NCBI GenBank assembly: GCA_964016885.1
Contig: OZ024740.1
Span: 352,594,001-352,658,000, forward strand
Reading direction: 5' to 3'
Length of the DNA: 64,000 nucleotides
Source: Eledone cirrhosa
Lineage: Eukaryota
Below, piece by piece: positions 26,970 through 40,310 of this stretch. Position numbers and translations under genes: made by a program. Within the stretch, counting starts at the first letter, position 1; each line of letters opens with the position of its first letter. The notes below the pieces were generated by a model. That model was not told the origin of the DNA, ran no database searches, and saw only the letters and a program-made list of their open reading frames with translations.

Positions 26970-28780
26970 TGAAAACAATGAACAGAGACGCCCATATCTG
27001 TGGGATGCTGGGTGAGTCTGGGCGCAGGAGAGTCGTGTCTGCGTATACAAATGGCGTCGCTGTCATAGCGTCGGACACTTCATATATAGAAGTAGTCAGC
27101 ACTGTACTGGAAGAATACCAGCAGGGTGCTGAAGCTTGCATTAATCGGGAGAAATCAGTAGGCTTACAACTTGACACCTGGAAAGGAAGCCCATGCCGAC
27201 CAGATGAAATTTCCGCTTCTGGACTAACGGCCGAGTTAAAATGCATAGGGCCTGGTTTAGACCGGATCTCCAGGTAGACAAGAAGTGGGAGGATGTCACG
27301 AGCAAAGTAACCAATCTCACTCAGAAATGAACTGAGAGAAAGGTATCCCTGAAAAGCCGGGTGGAGGTGGTCAACACCTACATCACTTTTTACTGAGGAG
27401 AAAAAATATATAAATAGATATCCAAAACATAAACATACACATACCGACCATAATTACATATGGAATGATATGCGATGCCCCCCCCCCCCCCACATTCCCG
27501 GCGGTCAGAATGGAAAAGGCGTTTCCCCGGAGGACGGCAAAGGAGACGCGCTGGAAAAGCCACTCCAACTCGCGGAGTGGTATATTACCATTTGACTCGT
27601 ATTATGCCATCCCTAAATATCTAACCTGATTGGAATGCATGCTCTTCCACTTTTGCAGAAGGTATAAGTCCTGCTGGTCATATAATCCATCTGCTATCAA
27701 CATTCACTCCATGCTGGCCTCGAAATGCCACCGCTAATGATGCGCAGAAGCGTGCTACGGCTAACGCAACTGCGGAATTACTTCGCGTACTGCAGCAACG
27801 ATGAAAACGAAAGCGAAATCCAACTTGTGTGAGCGCCTTTCATGCGACATGTCTTTCCGCAGCTCGTCTCTTCGGTCGGGTTACAGTTCAAGGTTAGGTG
27901 CCAGGCGCTCACGGCACTTTACCAGTTAGACAATGCGATAGGCAACCAGAAAGCAACACTTACTTTCTATTGAGTGTTAGTAGAAGGTATGAGTGACAAT
28001 GGCCAGGGAGCCGTTCTAGACGTTGCCAATCTGAACAGACTCTTCTGAAGGACCTTCAGGTCGGGAATTATGGACGATTTCCAAAATATCTTTGGCATGG
28101 CAGATTGGAACTATCAGTTTGGGACAAGTTCTACAGGCACGGAAGTGCAAACAAACCACCCTGCATGCAATCGCTCAATGCCCGGCATTGCAGTCTTATG
28201 GGCTTGTGTCGAATAACTGCTATTACGCGTCAGACAGATCCAGCTACCTACCGTGTCTATAGTGAGAATTGCACCACCAGCTTTCTTTTAAAAAAGAGGC
28301 ACAGCAAGTCCTTCTCTGTCTGCTGTCTATGGTGAAGAAATCTTTCTCTCGGGCTAAACCATCATCTACTTCTTCAAGTTGCACTTGAGAAGGAAGATGG
28401 GAGTAGAGAGGGAATTGCTTCCTTCTAATGTGTGTTTTGAAAGATGAGTGATGAGACTGATGAGGGTGAATATGACTATGATTTTCTAAGCAGAAGAAAA
28501 GAAACCGGAAGAGAACACTTTTAATAAACCTGAGGCAACAGATTAATCCAGGGATTTTAGTGGGGTTGTCCCTAAAGAGAATCTCCTACCCTATTGGGGA
28601 ACTGTTCCTGGTTGATATTTGTGATTTGTTTGTATTATCATGTCTATCTATTACAATTTCTGTTATACACACTGTTTTCCTTTGGTGATGCCCCTTTTCC
28701 TTTATTCGATATAAACCCCACTCTATGTTGTTTTTATCCTTTTACTCTCCTCAATGTCTTGGGCCAATGAAATTATTATA
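26970..28780 (+). mobile_element. Degenerate Tx1/L1-like LINE 3' fragment, interrupted by a CRE-like 3' end (about 27385..27578, -)
   Basis: INREKSVGLQLDTW matches 56815; insert encodes WLFQRVSFAVLRGNA. Confidence 0.75.
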
Positions 28781-29370
28781 GTGGTGTGTTGGCAGTATCG
28801 GTAAGGCCTCGGACAATATGCTTTGGCTCTTTGCGGTCTGAGTTCGAATCCCACCGAGGTTGACTTTGCTTTTCATCTTTACGGGGTCGATAAAATAAAG
28901 TACCAGTAACGCACTGGAGTCGATTTAATCGACTTTCCCCTCCCTCAAAATTGTTGGCCTTGTGCCTAAAGTAGAAACAATTATTATTATTAATGAGGGC
29001 GGTGGATTAGCAAAGTTGTTAGAACATCGGATAAAAAAGCTTTTATGTTTTATGTTAAAACCTAGTCGAGGTTAGCTTTGCCTTTCATCCTTCCGGGGTC
29101 GATAAAATAAAGTACCAGTCACATACAGTGATCAATGAAATCGACTATCTCCTTTCTCTAAATTGCTGGCTTTGTACCATTATTTATCTCTCTAGAGTGG
29201 TGGATTGGAAAATTTGGTAGAGCATCAGATAAAATTGCGGTATTTATTCTGGCCCTTTAAATTCTGAGTTCAAATCCCATCGTGCTCAACTTTGCCCTTT
29301 CTCCTTCCGGGATGATTAAACTAAAATTTCAGTCAAGTACTGGGGTTGATTTAATCATCTTTATCCTTCT
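28780..29370 (+). mobile_element. Three consecutive SINE copies (another copy at 26703..26892, -)
   Basis: Repeated tRNA-like head and conserved body. Confidence 0.8.
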
Positions 29371-29507
29371 CCAAGATTTGCGTAAATTATAAATCACGAG
29401 TTACTTCTCGACAAGATAATGAGTATATCTATTGGATCATTATTATCTAACAATATCTAAATTACTACTGATAACATATATTTTTCTTACTAAAAATAGG
29501 ATCTTAC

Positions 29508-29559
29508 CTCATAGCAAAGTATGACATCTGCGAAAATATATATGAAGCTTGTTTCAGAC
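29508..29559 (-). CDS. SLC38A7/8-like exon 6 (SETSFIYIFADVILCYE)
   Basis: ttttgcag|...|gtaaga, phase 2 to 0; joins to CH of the next exon (cf. ICFGFQ|CH). Confidence 0.8.
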
Positions 29560-30130
29560 CTGCAAAATAATAAGTGGTGATGTTAATAATAATAATTATA
29601 ACATTCAGTATCATAGAAACCTGAGTTAATAGTTATGGAGTCAGACAATCTGCTTCTCGACCCACCAAAAACATGGAAAGAAAACATATTACAAAAAAAA
29701 TGACAAAAAAATGACACATCCTTACTTAGCAAAACAGAAAAGGACAGATTCAACATGAAAAGCAAAATGAATCCAAGTAATAACAAAGTATATCTCAGGC
29801 ATACTTGGATCCCGTACTGCCGAGCTCTTCCCTCCACAAGATTGGAACGTCGTCGGCTCGTCTGAGGAAGGAGCTCTGCGAAGTGGGGTGGCTGTTGCAA
29901 TGGGTGTCGCTGGCCATTGTCTGCGGGAATGTTTTGCGGTCTTTTCCGCGGGGTGCAGCCCCATTACCGCCGTGCCCTAGGCCCAGAGCCCGATCACCTT
30001 TGATCACTAAGCAAAAAAAAAAAAAAAGGAACAACATTTAACGCAAAAGAACGCAAATGTCAGGAAAAACTTGTTTAGTACATATTCTTCTACTTTAAAA
30101 TACAATAACACATGATTAGACAGACAGGTC

Positions 30131-33100
30131 TGTGGTTAGAAAAAGCTACTTCACTTACCGCTTATCGCTGGTACCGCTAATCCAATGGTTGGTTTCTCCT
30201 CTCCCACGTGCGTACAATCCAACTCGTTAACCGGGAGATCCAAAACTGACGTCCACCACGTTCGCTGACCACCCTAGAGAGAGGCAGACCTGCTGGCCCT
30301 TCCGGTCGAGCACCCTTCCGGTCAAGCACCCTTCCGGTCAAGCACTCTTCCGGTCGAGCACTCCTCAGCCTCCGGCCACCGCACACCACACCATACCCAC
30401 ACGCCCCCCTGATCTCAAGGATCAATTTCCCCCTCGTCCTGCTGCATATGAAAGTCTGCTGTCCAGGTTGGTGGTTTGCGACTTCTTTGCGATCTCCGCA
30501 GTGTTGGGGCGGCACTTTAGGTTTCCTCTTCCTGGGAGTCCGTTGACACAGTAATTCTACGGACATCCATGACATGACGTGGTACTCCGTCCACGGACAC
30601 ATTGTTCTGGGAATTTACGGCCGTCACCATTCACCTTCCCCATTGAGATGTGCAACGTGCATCTGGAGGCTTAACCCAGACTTCTTCGCCCACCTGCACA
30701 AATGCATTCTCTCTCTCCACTGGCCGTTGTGGTGGCGTGCACGTGTGCCGCCACTCGTATCTGAATACTGCTCTGTGTGGCACCGATTCCTCAACCTGTC
30801 CCACCCGAGGAAACATGTTGTACCAGAACACTGCCTCCATCGGTGAGATGTGGCCCCGCTCTGCCATTGCTTTGATCTTCTGGTGGTGTCGCTCCACGAT
30901 TCCATTTCCGCTCGGCCTGTACGCTGCTCTGAAGAGACGGTCCACCTTCGAGCATCTCCCTCAGCGCCTCCGAGCGGAATGCTGCGCTGTTGTCCATCAG
31001 CAGTTCGTCCACAGGGCCCCGCTCCAAAAACACCTCTCTCAACGTCCGCATGATTTCCTCGGCCGTTCCAGTCTTCATCTCCCTCCATATCGCCATCCGT
31101 CCCGGTCCACAGTCGACCATTGAGAGGTATGTCCTTGTCGGTAGTGTGCTACATCCACCGCCAATCGCTTCCAGTCGCGATCCACCGGGAGGTTTCCCGT
31201 TTCGTGCACACTCGAGGCGGGATCAATGGACTGACATCGGGTGCAGCCTCTAACCACTCTTTGAACACTGTGTCTGTTAACGTCCGAGTTAATTCTCCTG
31301 GCTAGGAACAGAGTCCTATCCACTCCCATGTGGTGCATGTCATGCAACCCTTTCAGATCTGACTCGGTCAGCCGACACACGGCAGCTATCTCCTTTTCTA
31401 CATCCTCCGGCGCTTCCATCCAGGCTTTTTTCACCCTGGTTAAAACGTCCGCCCTATTTTTCTCTGAGGGCACGAAAACTACGCTCAGCCTCAGGTCGAA
31501 CTCGGTGGCCAGCGCTCCTAAAGTTCCCAGGCGGCGCTTTATCAGCATCTCCGCCGCCCCTCTCGTTCGCACTCTCTTCTCACTGGTGAGCACTGATCTC
31601 ACCCATCCGAGTACAGTAGCCGAGTCGGTGCGAATCTCGATGGTGCGCAGTCCCCGCCTCAGGGCGAGGTTCACCCCTCTCAACACCACGTCGAGTTCGG
31701 CCACATTGATGTGGTTGCAATCGCCCTTCTTCCTAAGCCAGGCTGCATCCTCGACCTCAACACCTCCTATCTCCAACGTGACACCTAGCGCTATGCTGCT
31801 GGCATCGCACCATACGGTCCCGCTCTGCGATTTGGGAACATACCAGCGTCCCCGCACTGGGTCGTCGGCCTTCACCCTCTCCACGATCTCATGCATCATG
31901 GTCACCGTCCTCTCTCCCACTCTGTCACTCCAAGTCACCCCTCCCGCTCGTCTCTGGACATAGCTGCATGCCGCCCGGAGCCACCCAGCAATCGGGTAGT
32001 GACCCACCAACTTTCCACACGCCGAGAAAAGCTCCCGCCTACTCATACTTGGGCCCAGTTCTGGAACTTCATTTCCCCTCTGGAATACTAACACGCCCGT
32101 CCTGTCTCGCCGTAGCCTAAGTCCCAGCGCGGCTCCTCCCTCCAACGCTTCTGACGGCTTCGCAGCCAGTCCATACCCCTGTAAATGGCTCGTGACCTCC
32201 GCCGCCGACACTACAGACTCGTCCACTAGGATGTCGTCAATGTAGGAATTAGTGGCCCTCTTCATCTTGTCGGCCTTTCCCAGAATGGTCTTGAGGACCG
32301 ACGCCATGATCTTCGGTGCAGAGCTCAGCCCAAAACCGAGCCTGGTCAGGCAATATGTCCGACCCTTATACCTGACCAGCTGATACTGCCAGAGCTTCTC
32401 ATCTATGTGTAATTGTAAGTATGCCGACTTTAGATCTACGATTGCGGAAGCCCCCGTCATGCGCCTCCACTCACGCAGGGTTTCCCCACAGACATCCGTG
32501 ACCTCTCCACCTGTGTGGCATGACACGTGCTCGTTCAGCTCCCGAAAGTCCAGTACCGGCCTCACCTTGTTCTTCGTGGGTTGCGCCACTGCCATTAACG
32601 GCAATACTCCGCACTTCTCCTCCTCTTTCCAAGGAAGCAGTATGCCCTCCTCAATCCATCTCTCTACCTCTCGCTCGAACTCACTGCTAATGTCTCCCTT
32701 CAATGTGTGTTGATAGCAGCCCACTTTGGTCTTCAGTGTTGGTGGTTCTCCCTTCCAGTACCACTCAACAACCCATCGTTGCCCATCGAACACGGCCTTG
32801 AAGTCTTTGTCCTGTACAGTGTAAGCGGGATATTTCTCCTCGCGGGCCTTCTGGTTCTCCTGTCGCGTACTCACAGCGCATACCGATGCGGCGCCACCAA
32901 ACGACATACCGATGTTGTTCACTGTGACGCCTCCTAGACGGCCAATTGCGTCCATGCCCATAATTACGCCGATCCCTTCCACCACGTTGTCGACTAGGAT
33001 GGCAGAAAACCTTATTTTCTTTCCCCGTACCGCCATCTCCACCTCGCTGCGACCTCGGCATTCAAATTTCCTACCGTCGACTGCCCTTACGCTGCTCTTC

Positions 33101-33836
33101 CCTCTCCACCTCTGCGCCACCCCCACGGTCACCAGTGTCGTCGTACAGCCCGTGTCCACGAGGGCTTGCTGTGGCTTTCCCCTCACGAAGACTTTCACCA
33201 CGGGCAGCGCCTCTACTCGTAAGGGGCAGCTAGTAGCGATGTGGCCTGGTCGCTTACACCGGTAGCATATTTTGTCCGCCTTGACTCTCTACAGTCTCTC
33301 GCGATGTGCGGGCCCTGGCACCTAAAACAGCGACCTCTAAACGTTTGCGGGAGACCGCGTGCCGTTGTTGCCTCCCTTTCACCATTTCGCTGCCGGCTGC
33401 CTTGGGCCTTTGTCATTGCTATCGCCGCGACACTCTTCTTGGCATCTTCTGCTTGGTGCGGGCTTGCTCCACCAGTGCACGCATCTCCATTTCCTTATAA
33501 CACGGGACTTTTTTTTTTTTTTTTTTTTGACCAATCAGATATCAGTTTCCAGTGCCGAAATAGCTTGTGGTTAGAAAAAGCTACTTCACTTACCACTTAT
33601 CGCTGGCACCGCTAATCCAATGGCTGGTTTCTCCTCTCCCACGTGCGTACCATCCAACACGTTAACCGGGAGCTCCAAAACTGACGTCCACCACGTTCAC
33701 TGACCACTCTAGAGAGAGGCAGACCTGCTGGCCCTTCCGGTCGAGCACTCTTCCGGTCAAGCACCCTTCCGGTCAAGCACTCTTCAGGTCGAGCACTCCC
33801 CAGCCTCCGGCCACCGCACACCACACCATACCCACA
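30131..33836 (-). mobile_element. Gypsy LTR retrotransposon; 271-bp LTRs 30131..30401 and 33566..33836, AGGTC TSD, gag mostly deleted
   Basis: TGTGG...CCACA termini; AGGTC on both sides; PPT-like aggggggcg before the 3' LTR; 11 mismatches between LTRs by manual count. Confidence 0.95.
30480..33201 (-). pseudogene. Gypsy pol (PR-RT-RNaseH-IN) with frameshifted integrase
   Basis: LVDTGC, RLGFGL..AP, YIDD, CDAS...AEL...TDS, HH..C..C, MDN, NGIVERHH motifs; gag zinc knuckles upstream (about 33230..33330). Confidence 0.92.
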
Positions 33837-34466
33837 AGGTCATTATATAGATATTAATAGACAAAAACACATTTCTCTATGTAAGCAACATTAAGTGTAA
33901 GCAGAGGAAAAGGACATAAGTCTGTGTCTACGCATAAGCTGTTGTCTGGATTTGTCCATGGTTTCGATTTTCTCCGTATAATTATTCTGCATGCGTTAAA
34001 GAAAGTTACTACAGAATGGCCAGATATGAAAATTCCAGATATTTAGGTTTGACTTTCTTTATTTATTCTTTATATGAAATATTGATTGCTTTTTCCTATA
34101 TCTCATGTCTGATATTTTTGCCTGAGAAAATACCTATATGTGTGTATAGATGGTGCGTACATATATTTATTATTATTTTTTTTTAATATCTCTATGTGTG
34201 TATTGATGGTACATACATATATATATGTTTTTAATATCCAGTTGAGTTCTTAAACACATGGTTAAAATACCTAACAGGCTTCAATGACCAGCGTGTATAT
34301 TATTTTATATTTTACGATGACCTCCCCTTTCCCTTTTGGGGACAGTGTGAATTTTCTTTTTGAAGGACTACTGGCTTTTCAAATTTAGCTGTCCTTTTAG
34401 CACTGACGGAGACCATCACTAATTATTAATATCGATGTAGTTTTTTATATCGATATTGCATGGGCA

Positions 34467-34589
34467 TCCACTGATGAGTTATAAGGCCCCGCTTGTGTGT
34501 ATATCTATGGATTATATATAAGTTTCTACATAACCTGGACATTATTTATCCCAAATTGTAGAAATCTTATAACGAAACGATCGTATGGA
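34467..34589 (+). ncRNA. Type I hammerhead with canonical core and branched stem II
   Basis: tcca-CTGATGA-gttataag...cttataac-GAAAC-gatc-GTA-tgga. Confidence 0.85.
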
Positions 34590-34774
34590 AGGAAAGAGAG
34601 ATTTATTTAATTATGTCTCATATAAAATAATACAACCAACTATCCACGAAATACTGATTAGTTAGCACCCCAAACACTAAATTGGGATTATACTTAGGTA
34701 TATCCTAATGTTTGTTGAGTGAGATGGAGTTGGTCAGAGTATCGCTTAAAGCTTTCTCTGTTAATATATTAAAT

Positions 34775-34805
<31 letters not shown>

Positions 34806-34854
34806 GTATGTATGTATACGTACATACATATATGTATACAGACGTACAGTAGCA

Positions 34855-34922
<68 letters not shown>

Positions 34923-35071
34923 CAGGTACACATATATATATGTACGTATCAGTTTAGCGGACGTTTATTATAACGCTCGCTTTGTCCGTTTGTAAACAAA
35001 CTGACAGCCTGATTTATGCCGTACGGTGTTAAGGCAACCACGTCACCTTTTTGTTCAACACTGACACAGGA

Positions 35072-35114
35072 ACGATGTACTAGTTTCAAGCTTGTTAGCT
35101 ATCGTCAGCACCGT
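35072..35114 (-). ncRNA. Minimal hammerhead abutting a perfect 62-bp palindrome (35109..35170)
   Basis: acggtg-CTGACGA-t agct aaca agct t-GAAAC-ta-GTA-catcgt. Confidence 0.75.
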
Positions 35115-35170
35115 ATACCCTTCTGCCAGATGGTTGAACGTTCAACCATCTGGCAGAAGGGTATACGGTG

Positions 35171-38100
35171 ATTAGAAGATCATCGACTATTTTGAAAAAT
35201 AAATACGAAATATTAGTGAATAGACGAACTCATCATGGCAAAAAGTACAAGTCTCCTTCGACCAAATCGCAACTACAACCGTTGTATACAGTGGAGCTAC
35301 GAGCTTAACAAAGAATTATATGAAGCATACAAACAATCTGAACCCCAAAAGTTCGGTTTTATGCAAAGGCTAAAAACTTTATGGAACTCCAAACACTCAG
35401 AATTAGACTTTTCTCCAAAGCATTTAAATGAACAGGCAAAACGTATCATTAGATGTAAATTGATACATCTAACGGAATTGAGTGATACTACAAATACAGC
35501 CCTTGTAGACAACCACCCCACCTCCACTGACAGACAAACAGAATGGCCAGCTAATTCTAACAGTGAACAGCTCACCAACAATTTTGTTGAAATCCATCCC
35601 ACTTCCACTGAAGAACAGCGAGAAAGGTCAGCTAACTCTAGTAGTAATTGTCACCACATCAACAACGAGGCTGAAATTCAAACAGAACACCAAAACCTAG
35701 TGGATACCTTACAAGTGATATGGGACGATATGTTTCAAGAGATACACAGCCTTAATGTGAGTGACAGACCATACAACACCAGAATCAGTAAAGAACCCAC
35801 TAAATTGGAATTGGAAGCGGTGAACGAAATAGCTGGCAATTATCTGAAGGCTATACGATCTAAAGGTGTAGAAACGACATTTGAAACGCTTAATATTTTG
35901 TTATATGTTTCAGCTGTCACATTGCTATCATATAACACACATCTAAAACCACGCAATCAAGATACAAACAAAAAGCCTGAACCAGCGTGGATGCGAAATT
36001 TAAAAAGCAAAATTTTGTCCCTGAGACGAAGTATCTCACACATCGCAGTCGTTATGAAATGCAACATAGAGAGCAACTTCACACGACACCAGGAAGACCT
36101 AAAAAAAAAAGACGATTTTGGAGATACAAAATTTAAAACTTTGAACTCCAAATTACACCAGTTGAAACAACAACTCACAGCTACAACAGAAAAACTAAAA
36201 TATAAGTCAACAGCACATAAACGACAAGTGCTAAATAGATTGTTTGCCAGGGATCCTAAATCAGTTTATTGCAGCTTCGGTGGCAAAAGCTCAATCCCTA
36301 TAAATGACACCCCTTCAAAAGAACAGGTTGAAAGCTACTGGAGATCTGTATGGGAAACGGATGACGGATTCAACAGACAAACTAATTGGCTAAAAGAACT
36401 GGAACAGGACTACTGCCAACATGTCCAGACAAAACAATATGACATAGATGGGTCAATACTGGAAACAGCTCTACAGAAAATGTCGAATAGGAAATCACCA
36501 GACCCAGACCGCATTACAGGATACTGGTTGAAGAATTTCACTTTCTATCGGCAAGATCTCATACGGCTGTTTACAGAAACCATTAAGGGCACACAAGAAC
36601 TGCCCAGCTGGTTATCAACTGCCACTACTCTCCTCATTCCCCAAAATAGCCAAACCACCCTTGCAAAAATTACCGCCCAATAGCCTGCCAAAACATCATG
36701 TATAAATTATATACTGGGTGCCTTAACCTGTTCTTACAAGATCACTGTGCTACCAACAACATCATAACACCTGAGCAAGCTGGTGGAAAGAGGGAGGTGT
36801 GGGGTTGCATAGATCACCTACTAACTAATAAAATGATTCAGGAAAAAACAACAAAGAATCGCAGAAACATGACTGTGGTGTGGCTGGACTATCAAAAAGC
36901 ATTTGATAGTGTACCTCATGGGTGGATTATTAAGGCTTTACAGTTAGCCAAAGTCCCACAACCATTGGTAGCTGCTGTTGAACGCCTGACCAAGAACTGG
37001 TACACCAATTTGATCCTTAGAGGTGAGAAGGAGCAAGTTAAGACTAATAAGATACATTACCAGAAGGGCATCTTTCAGGGTGATAGCTTGTCAGTGCTAC
37101 TCTTCGTTCTCTCACTAAATCCACTATCTTACCTACTCAGGAAACAAGGTGGACAAAGAAGTGGGTCCAGAAGTATCTCCCATCTTTTCTTTGTTGATGA
37201 CCTGAAGTTGTATGGGCCAAATATCAATGACATCAAGAAACAATTGGACCTCATTACACAATTTTCAACCGACATCAAAATGAAATTTGGTGAGTCTAAG
37301 TGTGCATATTTGGCAGTAAAACGTGGAAGAGCTGTGCCCTCCTCTAGAAATCTAGAGATGAACGGCCTGACAATACAACCTCTACAGTCAGGTGACAACT
37401 ACAGATATCTTGGACAGGATGAGAATGTCAGATATGATGGACCCATAAATAAGGAGAGAACCAGAACTGAATACCTCAGAAGAGTAAAAAAAATATGGTC
37501 ATCAGAACTGTCAGCATACAACAAATACATTGCCCACAATACCTATGCTGTGCCAATTCTAACGCCAACATTTGGCCTACTGAACTGGTCATTGCAAGAA
37601 CTAAGTGAGATGGATGTTAGAACTCGAAAACTTCTCAGTGTTACTGGGAACTTTAACATCAATGGTGATGTGGATAGGCTATACTTCTCACGCAAGGAAG
37701 GTGGCCGGGGTCTAAAATCCATATTAACAACATATGAGACCCGGATAGTAACACTGAAGCAACACCTTCAACAGAGGAAAAAGGTTGGCAACCATCTTGC
37801 CCAGGTTTATGAGCATGAAAAAAAAATATCATTAGAATAGCGACTGATCTGGAGGAGAGATATGGAATAAAGCCTGATATAAATCTCTCACCCAGAGAAA
37901 TCAGAAGATCCTATTCAATGTTCAAACAAGATGAAAGAATTGACCAATTTACAGAAAAAATTGTGCATGGATACTTGAGAGGTAAAACACAGACCATAGA
38001 GGGGATAAACCACTCAAAAAACCTGGCATGGAGTTCCGACAAGTTTATGACATCACACCTTGAGGGATATCTCTATGCAATACTGGAACAAGAACTCCCT

Positions 38101-38800
38101 ACCAAATATCTGCTGCACAAAAGAGGAGGGCCAGCAGCTGACAATAAATGTAGGCTATGTAAAACAAAGATCGAGGATGTAAGCCACATTGTTGCCAGCT
38201 GCGAAAGAATATCATCTCGCTACTACCTCCCCATGAGACACGATGGGATAGCTAGAACCATTTGGAACGCACTTCGGAAAACAAAATTAACAACAAACGA
38301 GGAAGAATATATTGGAGACAGATGGCACTAAGGAATACTGGTGGGATCCTGAAAATAAAAACTGCCACCAAATTAAAGCACAACCGGCCTGATATTGTTG
38401 TTTGGGACCACACATTGAAAACGTGTTCTGTTGTGGAGATCAGCTGCCCACTTGATGTAAACGTTGTCAGAAAAATACAGGAGAAGGAGGACATCTACGG
38501 ACCATTAATGAGGAGTTTACAAATCCAGTATCCAAGATACACCTTTAGCTTCATACCCATCATTGTTGGAGCTACGGGTTATATACCAACCCACTTGGAC
38601 CAAAGTATGACTGAACTTGGATTTGCGGACAAAAAGCGCAGCTCCCTAATTCATAGTCTACAAATGGCTGCGATAGCTGTCACCTTCAAAATTTGCAAAA
38701 CATTCTTGCGATTCAAGGGATAACAATTTCTTTTCTTTTACAACCTTGCCACCAGGAAGGTGGCCGGTTAAAAAAATATACTCGAAATTAAGAGAAAGAG
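35171..38800 (+). mobile_element. Near full-length R4/Dong-like non-LTR retrotransposon (RT, CCHC, REL endonuclease) with frameshifts
   Basis: NYRPIAC, EQAGG, DYQKAFDSV, FQGDSLS, FVDD, EGGRGL, CRLC..E...HIVASC, RHD, RPD..E.SCP; ORF pieces 35235..38723. Confidence 0.9.
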
Positions 38801-38802
38801 AT

Positions 38803-38839
<37 letters not shown>

Positions 38840-38845
<6 letters not shown>

Positions 38846-38938
38846 GTCCAAAAAAATGTATTCACACTTTGATTAACTGTACAGCAATATTTATTAGAAT
38901 CCTGTTGAAGTGTGTATACATTTTGTGGGGACACCCTG
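38840..38938. mobile_element. Tiny Tc1/mariner MITE
   Basis: agggtgtccaaaaaaatgtattcacactt / aagtgtgtatacattttgtggggacaccct TIRs with TA flanks. Confidence 0.75.
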
Positions 38939-39321
38939 TATGTTAAACATTAGCCGTTCGGCTAAAATCTAACTTAAATATGTTTTACGAAGTAATAATT
39001 ATTTATATTTTCATTTAATTAATTCTGCTTATTTCAATTTTTTGTTCATCTAATTAATTAAGTAATAATTAATGGTGTATCTACTTAAAAATTGGATGAA
39101 ACGCTCGTTGGTCTTGTGTGTTATTGTAATATTTTTGCTCTATGAGTTTATATTGTTATTTAAACATCTTCAAACAAGGATTTCATACAACTCCAAACTG
39201 AATTGTATATCGCCTTCTGAATAGTTTATTGTGATAAATCTCATATTTTGAGCTGTAATAATTCTTTCTTCACCTATATTTATCTATTTTCTTGTTCGAA
39301 AACGATCTTTTATCTTTTATG

Positions 39322-39394
<73 letters not shown>

Positions 39395-39395
<1 letters not shown>

Positions 39396-39915
39396 CGTTT
39401 CTGAATTTGTTTAGCAAGATTCTTTATCTGAAAACGTGTGTTGAACCCGATATTGTTATACTTTGGGAGGGTTATGTTGCCAATGAGAAACGCACGCACC
39501 AGTTGCTTTCACTCCAATTTATTATAAATTAAATTTATAAATTTAACAATTTATAAATTTCCGGTTGGTTGGTTGTCAAAGTTCTTTCGTCACACATTCT
39601 GTGACCTCTTCAGTGACTGGGGATTCTTTTCTTTGTTTTGTGCCTCTCCTTTGTTCTGTCCTACGCCATCTTGTTTGTTTGTGTGTGTGTTGTGTCACAA
39701 GACACACAAAAACAAGATGGCGTAGGACAGAACAAAGGAGAGGCACAAAACAAAGAAAAGAATCCCCAGTCACTGAAGAGGTCACAGAATGTGTGACGAA
39801 AGAACTTTGACAATATATGAACAACCGTCCGGTTGTGGGAACCAACCAGCCAACCGGAAATTTATAAATTGTTAAATTTATAAATTTAATTTATAATAAA
39901 TTGGAGTGAAAGCAG
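39395..39915. mobile_element. Inverted pair of Penelope-like pLTRs with hammerhead-like motifs at 39575..39617 (-) and 39769..39811 (+)
   Basis: Same family as the 22075 element; fold-back centred at about 39693. Confidence 0.85.
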
Positions 39916-40310
39916 CTGCCCATTAAAGGGAAATTGTCTTATTAATAACATAGTATATAAATGTAAAATTAGCACTAAGGACTAAGGACTCAACTTATTC
40001 ATATATAGGAGCTACGTCTAATCAATTTAAAGTAAGATTTAATACCCACAAACATAGTTTTTAAAATGCCGCATTAGCTAATACAACATCCTAGGCTGAA
40101 ACAATTAATAATTATAGAAAAAAGAATATCGATTACAACCTGACCTGGAGTGAGCTCAAAAGGGCCACCCCTTATCAAAATAACAGATATGAGTGTAGAT
40201 TATGCTCCCAGGAACTTTTTGAAATAATGAAATCTAAGGATATCCTATTAAATAAGCGACAATAATTAATTATATCTTGCAATCATAGAATTAGAAGAAC
40301 TTTCAAATAT
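39912..40310 (+). pseudogene. GIY-YIG endonuclease relic of a second Penelope-like lineage (Naiad/Neptune-like)
   Basis: CPLKGNCLINNIVYKC...YIGATSNQFKVRFNTHKHSF*...CRLC...LLNKR..L..SCNHR with stops. Confidence 0.8.

Noticed and set aside
31328-31963. 211-aa plus-strand ORF (also 53379..54398 on the minus strand)
   Set aside because: Antisense shadows of retroelement coding or low-complexity regions
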